A stretch of 64,000 nucleotides of DNA from a virus (taxonomy: Duplodnaviria; Caudoviricetes), in IMG/VR virus record IMGVR_UViG_3300035112_000003, positions 799-64,798 of that record; one strand, written 5' to 3'. Positions 56,122-64,000 of this stretch are shown piece by piece. The notes below the pieces were generated by a model, which did not search any database, was not told where the DNA came from, and saw nothing but the letters and a program-made list of their open reading frames with translations. How positions within the stretch are numbered: the first letter of the stretch is position 1; every line of letters begins with the position of its first letter. The position numbers and the translations under genes were made by a program.

Positions 56122-59100
56122 CAAAAGAAGAATGGTTTGAAAAAGCTACTGAGTTTTCAATGGGTATTTGCCCAATATACAATATGGGGGTATATATTGA
56201 AACTCGTGGGCCCGGTAGATGGGTAGTGAAAATGGATCGTAGTAATGGGTGGGTTTTAGGTAAGGATGCAGAATGGCACTGGGAGCCTCTCCCGTCATCC
56301 AGAACCGATGAGTTTCTGAATAACACCAGATTCCAAAGCCCAGATGAAGCTTACGAATTCTGGGTTAATAATGTAAAAGAAAAAAAGGATTTATATATAT
56401 GATTATAACCCTTAACACAAGATCAGAGTTTATACCCGGTACTTTAATAGTTGATAAAAATAAAGGAGTATACGGAGTTGTTTTGTCTTTGTATGAACCC
56501 GGTACTGAAATTAGAACTTATAAAGTCAAAAGCCTTAACCTATCCAAAAACAGATTCATTCGTAAACTTCAATTAGTAATCATTAAAAAAGCATTTAAAT
56601 ATTAATCTATGGGAATGTCAACACATATTGCAGCATTTATACCAGACACCGATCCGGAATTTCAAAAACACAAGGCAGTTGCTTTAGTTTGCATGGAAGC
56701 CAAAGTGTCTCTCCCTGCCGAAACGTCTAACTACTTCAATGTAAGGTATAATCCTTACCTGGGAATGTTTGATGAAAAACTTCAAATAGACTTAAAAGAG
56801 GGAGAGCATTATGAAGAATGGCGTGAAGATTCAAGTGAAGGATTCGAAGTAGACCTAACAAAACTTCCAAAAGGAGTAACTAAACTAAGATTCTATAATA
56901 GCTGGTAAAAATTAAACCCATGATACTATTAACTGCTTATTTAATTGGATATTTTATAACTTTCGGACTTGTTATTGGAACGGAAGATAAGTTCGATTGG
57001 GATACATTTGGTGCATGTGTTTTCATATCTCTCTTATCTTGGATAATGATAGGTATATACTTGGCTGATTTCATACCTAAAAAAGAAGAAACTAAACCAT
57101 AAACAATCACCTTCAATAGTATTTGTAATGAGTAATAAAGTAAGTATAGAGGAGATGAATGAGGCGATAGTCTTGTTTATGGGCGGTTCATCAATAAAAG
57201 AACACGGCGGCAAAAGATATGTATACTATACCCAAAGCTGCGCCAGGGAAGTTGCAGAATTGGGATACCATTCATCATGGGATGCACTTATGCCATGTTG
57301 GGAGAAGTTTCGGAATAATGTTTCAGATCATTTCGATGAAGATTTTCCGCCCGAGTATTGTGCCATGTGCGATGCATGGGCGCTTTATTGCGAGCATGTA
57401 AACATTAATGGCGCTCACAGTATTATTTATGAGGGAATTCAATGGTACAATAAACAACAATCAACCACCACCAATGACACTACCACCAGAAATACAAAAA
57501 CAAATAAGTGACCGCGAAGATGAACTGATCAAGGATATGAAAACCGATAATGACCGTAATATTGGTTACTATATAGGCTTCTGTGATGGACACGAAGCAG
57601 GCGCTACCGAATGGGCGGGTAAGGTGCAAGGCTATTCTAATCTACTTAGTGAAATGCGTGATTGCTTATCCGCAGTGTTAATGATTAACGATGTACGCCC
57701 ATTACAAGATTCCGAATTAATTGAGGATATTAATAACGCCCTCGCAAAATACAAGGAGGTAAGTAATGAACGCTGATTGTAAAGGCGCATTAGCGCAGAT
57801 AAACAGATCATATAAAGCCTTTGTTCATAATGATAAATCAATGAGTAAGGCAGAGGTAAAAGCTGTTCTGAAATATGCTATAGAAAAAGGGTATGAGCAT
57901 ACTGGGATGTTAAGCGATGAAGAAGTTGATAATGTTTTAAATAAGTTAAACGATGGTAGATAAAGACACACAATTACCGGCTGAGGATAAGCCAAGCCCT
58001 CTGATAACCGATCTGCTACCAGCGCAAGAAGTACACAACTTGTACATGCAGGAAATGAAAATTTCAAGCGAACTAAATAAAGAGATAAAAAAAGTTCGCG
58101 AATACCTGTTTGATAATTTCGGCGAGTTCTCGGAAGCCAAAATACTTTCTTATCAAAACGGAGAAAAGCACACTGTAGATTTGGTTAAAATTGTTGTCAC
58201 CGAATACACCACCAAGCTGCACAGGGCTACGGAGTATTTGAATTTGTTATTATCTGCGCAGCTATGCGATTTAAAAGCCCCAGATCATTTAATTAACGAA
58301 ATAAAAACATTTTTGGATGGAACAAAATAAAAATGGCATTTACCAAGTAAGCGAAAACCCATTGGAAACAAGTGGCCGACCTGCGTCACTATACTTCACA
58401 AGCAAATTTGCAGACGAAGTAGGAAGTGAATTTATTGCAGATTTCGAAAACCCGATCAACGCCCGGTTGGTCTGTAAGAGATTAAATGACTACAAATACC
58501 TACAGGCGAAATGCGACAGGTATGAGAAAGCATTGAAAGATATAGCTAAACAGCACAAGATCGACGAAATGGATGCTAACGATTGCGATGGCGATATTTC
58601 TGAAGGATATGATGCTATTATCAATGTTGCCCGCGAAGCCCTATCCGCAGGGGAAGGGGGGAAGGAGGTGGAGACAAAAAGAGTTCAACCAGATTTAGGT
58701 AATTGTCAACGATGCGGCATAACACCCGCCACTACTACATATAGCGATCTTAAAGTATGCGCTCATTGTGACAAAATGCTTAATGATGAATTTGAACGTG
58801 AATATCAGTAAAACCAAAACGGAGAATAAACAATGAACATAGGGCACGAAAAGGCATTAGCCGAAATGATGCAACTCAATGAGATTGGTGTCAGGCTGGT
58901 TCTAAAAGAAATGCTTAAGGCCGGGAAAATTGCATTCCCCTTATTAGCACAGGAATATGTTCAGTATCTGGAAGGATGCAATACCGAAAAGGAACACACA
59001 ATATCAACTCTTTCTTTGCATCTTGGATTAGTTGCCGGTTCTGACAAATCACCATTTGCTAAAGATAGCCGTAAATATTTATTCGAGAAAGGATTGTATA

Positions 59101-59428
59101 CCGGAAATGATGGATCGATTTTCGGCAAACAATTGGAGGATGAATTTGGAACCACTAACCAGTTAAACAATGGACAATGAGTAAAGGTCACGGCATACGA
59201 AAAATTCAAGCCACGCTAATGAAATTGGATGCACAAGCCGATTATGATGTAGTTAAGGCAATCTGCAAGGCTAAAGGCTTCCCGATTGTGATTCCTAAAG
59301 GAGATTCAGCTTGGAAGATAGAAGACGCTACCGCTGAAATGATAAAGTCGTTGCCGGTTGATCAGCAAATATACCTACGGAAAGGATTAAGTTATTACGT
59401 TTCGCTAATTCGCTCAAACAATAAATAA
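56118..59428 (+). other. Cluster of small hypothetical genes (56118-56402, 56399-56605, 56609-56908, 56920-57102, 57128-57511, 57474-57776, 57766-57963, 57953-58330, 58317-58811, 58833-59180, 59177-59428)
   Basis: Co-oriented, overlapping or coupled ORFs typical of phage accessory regions. Confidence 0.7.
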
Positions 59429-59436
59429 CGGGAATC

Positions 59437-59472
59437 AAAAAGCTCTGGATTATTGTCCGGAGCTTTCGTTTT
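59437..59472. terminator. Bidirectional terminator between convergent blocks
   Basis: AAAGCTCTGGA-N6-TCCGGAGCTTT flanked by A and T tracts. Confidence 0.8.
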
Positions 59473-59524
59473 CAAATCGCCTGTCTGGTTTAGAAGTTAG
59501 ATGCCATCTGATATCGCATGCAGC

Positions 59525-60127
59525 TTATTTAATATAACTCCAGCTACGCCCACTAATTACATTCCATATAGTTCTTTTTTTTAATCTTAATAACTCGGAA
59601 ATTTTATGCGGCGTGGTGCCGGAATAGTATAACTCTCTGATTTTAATCACGTCATCGTGAGTGAGTTTTATAACACTATGCCTTCTTTTTATAAATATAT
59701 CAATAACATTGTCCTTTTGTGTTCCTAAGAAAAGATGATCTGGATTACAACATGGGGGATTATCACATTTATGAAGAACATTATAGCCACCTATATCGCC
59801 TTTGTAATATTGATATGAATATCGATGAGTGCGCCAGGTTTTATTATCTATGGCAAACGTCCCATATCCATATCCCAATCTAATGCCTTGCCACTCCCAA
59901 CAACCATCATCATTAATCTTTATATTTTTTAAAAATAATGAATGGGTATTTCTTTCCTTGCGTCCCCTCCTTATATCAACTCCATTCATTTCCAATATCT
60001 TTTTTATTGTTTTTTTAGTTGACTTATATTTGCTGGCTATTTCGGCAAGGGAATTACCGTTATTATATAAATCTACTATTTTCGGGTGTTTATTAAGTTC
60101 AACTATTAATGTCATTTTCCGTTTCAT
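59525..60127 (-). CDS. HNH homing endonuclease (HNH_3) with flanking HTH domains
   Basis: CWEWQG..GYG...THRYSY...VLHKCDNPPCCNPDHLFLGTQKDN. Confidence 0.9.
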   Translation of the reverse strand: MKRKMTLIVELNKHPKIVDLYNNGNSLAEIASKYKSTKKTIKKILEMNGVDIRRGRKERNTHSLFLKNIKINDDGCWEWQGIRLGYGYGTFAIDNKTWRTHRYSYQYYKGDIGGYNVLHKCDNPPCCNPDHLFLGTQKDNVIDIFIKRRHSVIKLTHDDVIKIRELYYSGTTPHKISELLRLKKRTIWNVISGRSWSYIK

Positions 60128-60152
60128 TTTTATTTATTTTGATACATAGTAT

Positions 60153-62584
60153 TTATTCCTCCTTTTGTTGTTTTGGGTTTAATTCTAATTCTTTAAGTAG
60201 ATTACCTATACTTAATAACGCAAACATTGGAGGATAGTTATTCGCTTTTGCCTGTTCAATACATTCGTTTATTCCTGCTTTAAATTTTAACCATTTATCC
60301 ATTGGGAAGGCTTCTATTTCAAGGGTGTTTTTTATTTTAAACCTTTGGTTATCCTCTTTCCACCCAAATACTTCACCTATTTTTGCACCAATTTCAAGCT
60401 CCCCACGGCCTTTATAAGCGTTTATATATTTATCAAAATTCGGCTCACCGAACGCTTCATATGTACTTTCAAATTCAGTTATAAATCTCATTGATATTAA
60501 ATTTATTTAGTTTTAAGAATAGCTATAGCTTGCTCAAGTTCATCCCTGAATTGTTCCATGTTAGGATATACGCTTTTTATTGGGGGCGGCCCCTTGTATC
60601 CAGGTAGGTGCTTGTACTTCTGTTCTTCCATTTTACTAGACATTATAAGTAGGTTCTGGCGCTCTAATTCTTTTTCAAGATGGGCTATTACCAAAAGCAT
60701 CGTAGTCTATTATTTTAAGGTTAGTTTTTATATAAAACGGGTTCATGTTCATCCATCTTTCATGCTTTTTGTTTTCGCATTTAAAAAGGAGCTTTGATAG
60801 CTGATGGTAAACTATATCTCCTACTCTTATGTTCATTTATGATCCTTCAGGTTTAATTCAAGTATAATAAATTTTCCCTCTTGACCTTGTAACTCCACCA
60901 AAAGATCATGATTACCAATTTTAAGTACTGTATCGTAATCGGTTCCTGAAGTCCATGAGCTATATTGATATGAGCTTGCTTCATATTCAGCAGTCGCATA
61001 GCCGGATATTTTCTTAAGCCATTCTTCTGTCATCTCGTTTTTAGTGCACCGCTTATCTGACAACCAATAAGATACCTGAACGGATATATTGTTTACAGAT
61101 TGAATTGCTTCCCGGAAACGTCCAACGAGATCAATTTTATACCCATCTTCTTGAATTAATTTTATAGTAGGGAAGCTATCGGCGTATCCTTTCTCAATAA
61201 TCCCTGATAATGTTATTTTATACATGTTAATTGTTTTGGTTGAATGATTTCAAATTCTGTTTCCTCTGAAGACATGTTTGGATACCTTGGTATATTCGTA
61301 ACATTCGGGATTCCATCACGCATATACTCAACTATTAAAACGCCAGTTTCTTCAATTAATCCGATTTTAGTTACAGTAGCAAGAAAGAAGTAACCTTTCA
61401 ATGCTCCTATCTGCCAATCTGATAAAGTTTTTATTATCATAAATTAAGGCTTATTGATTACTTCTAGTTCTATGCCTTCTTCTCTAAGAAGAGTTTCGAT
61501 GGCATTTAATTTTGCTTCGGGAGTAGTATCCTCGTCATCGTTTATATTAATTGCTGATACAACAAACGAACTTTCGAATAGCGGCACCGATGTTTCACAT
61601 TCGGATGGTTCACCCCGCTCAAACAACTCATTATCTGGGATGCCACATTGTTTCCCAAATTGTCCTAAACAACACATAAACCCCTTATTATTAAGCAATG
61701 CTGTTTCGCCATCACCAAGTGAATTCCCTCCGTCCATTCCACATCTCCATTTAGAATAATCAAGTATTAGTTTCTTTGGCTTGCCCATGTTGTTTTTTAT
61801 TTATTTCGTTTTACATTCATTGCCTTAGCCAACGAATCTATTATGCGTACATATTTATTAAAAGAATCAATACACCTATTTGCGCGCAATCTATATCTTT
61901 CATTGGTGGTCTGATAATATAAAACTTCGTTTTCGTATTTCTTTATATTGAAGCTATCTCTTTTGCCCACAACTGATAAGACTAAATTATACCTAGCCAT
62001 TGCGTCTGAAGCTTTTAATGCAGCAGAAGAAGTTGAAACAGCAGGTGTATCAGTGGCATTATTAACTTCAGTTATTGGCTTATTAGCCGGATATTTACAC
62101 GCATATAAGAAACAAAAAATCAGGATATACTTCATATTTTTATTTATTTTGAATAATGTTATTTAGTGGGTTTTTCAAGTATAAATCTGTGGCCGCAATC
62201 GGGACAAGTTACTAGCTCACCCTCAATAATTGTTTCTCGCTCAACCGCTTCTCCATCCTCCATAAACAATACCCATCTATCTTCAATATCTTCTCCTTGC
62301 GCCATTAATGCCCCGGTAAGTCCGAATTCCGGGTATTCTTTTTTCATTAACTGTATGACTAAGTTAACTTTATCTACTAAATCATATGTTTTTTCTGAGC
62401 CATCCCATCGAATACCGGAAAAGTCGTCTAGTAATTGTAAGTCTATGTAAGTAAGTCCATTAGTGCCCCATTCTGGATGCTTACGACAATCTTCACCTAA
62501 ATAACTTTTAATTTTCGATAATTGCGAAGCAGTTAATTCTTTTGTAAATTTAAGTTCTCCTTTAAAAGTTGTTGTATAGCCCAT
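60153..62584 (-). other. Small hypothetical genes (60153-60491, 60503-60700, 60675-60836, 60833-61225, 61213-61440, 61444-61788, 61797-62135 lipoprotein, 62159-62584 C-terminal CPDC)
   Basis: Coupled ORFs; 60675-60836 (53 aa) translated by hand; lipobox LYA-C in 61797-62135. Confidence 0.65.
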
Positions 62585-62604
62585 ATTTATGATTTTATAA
62601 TTAT

Positions 62605-63831
62605 TTATCCTTTAAGTTTTTCTTTTGTAAGCTTCTGAATTTCTTCAAGAAGCCCCTCGTTATCTTTAAGAAGTTGTTTGGCGGCATCTTTCCCTTGACC
62701 TAACTTACTGTCGTTGTAGCTATACCAAGCACCGGCCTTTTTAATTACGCCTAGATTAGAAGCTATTTCAACAAGTTCGCCTATCTTATCAATTCCTTCC
62801 CCAAAGATTATATCATATTCGCAGTTTTTGAATGGGGGAGCCACTTTATTCTTGACTACTTTAACTTTCACGCGATTCCCAATAGCTTCATCCCCGTCTT
62901 TTATTTGGGCCATCTTACGCACATCTAAACGCACAGATGAATAGAACTTTAAGGCATTCCCGCCAGTAGTAATTTCCTGTGGCTGATAAGGATTTCCAAT
63001 TGTGGCGCGAAGTTGGTTAATGAAAATACAAATTGTATTAGTCTTTGAAATAGTACCGGTTAATTTCCTGCATGCCTGCGACATAAGGCGGGCCTGTAGT
63101 CCCATTTTTGAGTCGCCCATTTCGCCTTCCAATTCAGCTTTTGGTACCAACGCAGCTACCGAGTCGATCACTACAATAGCGAATGCTCCACTAACAATCA
63201 ATCTATCAGCTTCTTCAAGCGCCTGCTCCCCGTAATCCGGCTGGGATAGGTGAAGCGCATCAATATTTACTCCGATCGCTTTTGCATAAGTTTCGTCAAA
63301 AGCATGTTCAACATCAATAAAGGCACAATTCCCGCCACGTTTTTGAGCTTCAGAGATCGCATGAAGGGCTACTGTAGTCTTTCCTGAGCTTTCAGGGCCG
63401 TAAATTTCAACTATTCGGCCACGAGGCAGGCCACCAATTCCAAGGGCGTAATCCAGCCCTAATGAGCCCGTAGGGATAAACCCGATATTGCCCATTGGTT
63501 TGTCTCCAAGCCGCATAATCGACCCTTCCCCAAAATCTTTATTGATCTTATCAATTGCCTCCTGCGCTCGCTCCAATGCTTCTTTCGAAGGGGCTAAAGA
63601 CAAGTCACCATTTGCCGTAACCTTTGTTTGAGATAATTCAACTGGCGACGGAGTAGCGATCGGACGGGATAAAAACTCTTTGATCTTCGGCACCCAACTT
63701 TCGGGCATATCCTTAGAGCCCCCCAAAACCGCTGAAAGGCTATTTTTGGGCAACCCAATAGATTCTTCCAGGTCACTTTTTTTGGTTCCAGATTCAACAA
63801 TTTTCTTTAGTTCTAAGATTAGTTCTTGCAT
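62605..63831 (-). CDS. recA: RecA recombinase with an N-terminal HTH-like extension
   Basis: [33 protein letters not shown] and [13 protein letters not shown]; extra ~80 aa at the N-terminus. Confidence 0.95.
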   Translation of the reverse strand: MQELILELKKIVESGTKKSDLEESIGLPKNSLSAVLGGSKDMPESWVPKIKEFLSRPIATPSPVELSQTKVTANGDLSLAPSKEALERAQEAIDKINKDFGEGSIMRLGDKPMGNIGFIPTGSLGLDYALGIGGLPRGRIVEIYGPESSGKTTVALHAISEAQKRGGNCAFIDVEHAFDETYAKAIGVNIDALHLSQPDYGEQALEEADRLIVSGAFAIVVIDSVAALVPKAELEGEMGDSKMGLQARLMSQACRKLTGTISKTNTICIFINQLRATIGNPYQPQEITTGGNALKFYSSVRLDVRKMAQIKDGDEAIGNRVKVKVVKNKVAPPFKNCEYDIIFGEGIDKIGELVEIASNLGVIKKAGAWYSYNDSKLGQGKDAAKQLLKDNEGLLEEIQKLTKEKLKG

Positions 63832-63968
63832 TAGTTTTTTAGTTTAAAAGTTAGTTCTAGGACTAAAAACTAACACACAACTAACTACATTTAGCGCTAC
63901 TTTTAGTCCCGAAACTAAAGGTAATAAGAACTAATTAAACTAACAAGCAAAACAAATAAATTAACTAA
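63819..63968. promoter_or_regulatory. Repeat-rich recA upstream region with two TTAGT-N6-ACTAA palindromes
   Basis: Palindromes at 63851-63866 and 63903-63918; about a dozen TTAGT/ACTAA half-sites. Confidence 0.6.
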
Positions 63969-64000
63969 TATTTTCACAAAACAGTGATTTTCAATACCCC

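Larger units (their letters stand above)
1..64000. mobile_element. Bacteroidota-infecting tailed phage (podovirus-type, crAss-related virion module); genome fragment or prophage
   Basis: TerL, portal, MCP, tail ring/muzzle, lysis and replication genes, dense small ORFs and TAnnTTTG promoters; no host housekeeping operons in the window. Confidence 0.93.

Noticed and set aside
1-64000. Stop-codon reassignment as in some crAss-like phages
   Set aside because: Long intact ORFs under the standard code, and TAA, TAG and TGA all end genes at sensible boundaries (for example TerL ends in TAG)
1-64000. tRNA genes or CRISPR/mini-CRISPR arrays
   Set aside because: Intergenic gaps are short; no cloverleaf or repeat-spacer periodicity was seen by eye. 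tRNAscan and CRISPR finders were not run
62605-64000. RecA as the start of flanking host chromosome (prophage boundary)
   Set aside because: It is co-oriented with and directly followed by phage-type small ORFs and has an atypical N-terminal extension; no att site or integrase is visible. Sequence beyond 64000 is needed to be sure

Overview
The window is almost entirely a dsDNA tailed phage of a Bacteroidota host. The evidence is TAnnTTTG promoters, AT-rich leaders without Shine-Dalgarno sequences, a Bacteroidetes-type ECF sigma factor and a T9SS-cargo-like 'LPV' domain, which together suggest a Chitinophagia/Cytophagia-like host. Layout: (1) 1-4.9 kb, + strand small early/host-interaction genes with an ECF sigma factor and secreted or lipoprotein genes. 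(2) 5-9.7 kb, - strand lysis region. (3) 9.7-40 kb, - strand podovirus virion module with crAss-like/Cellulophaga-podophage gene order: TerS-TerL-portal-scaffold-MCP-ring proteins-muzzle-ejection proteins-tailspike. No virion RNA polymerase is recognisable. (4) 41-47 kb, a glycosyltransferase/methyltransferase island. (5) 47-55 kb, a lambdoid-style replication module (YdaU-like initiator with internal iterons, DnaC/IstB-like ATPase, SSB). (6) 55-64 kb, a divergent HTH switch, small hypothetical genes and an HTH-RecA fusion. Four free-standing homing-endonuclease-like genes are present. No tRNA, CRISPR array, integrase or DNA polymerase was seen. Most striking observations: an Ig/FN3-like 'LPV' domain apparently split between a secreted protein and an unannotated small lipoprotein; a tailspike with a signal peptide and many Bacteroidota O-glycosylation sequons; a 16-bp palindrome at five promoters; a Tat-signal protein carrying a copy of the major capsid N-terminal motif, next to a HiPIP-like protein; a degenerate histidine-phosphatase domain inside the large ejection protein; and an HTH-RecA fusion with paired operator-like sites. 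All family assignments come from motif recognition by eye, not database searches.
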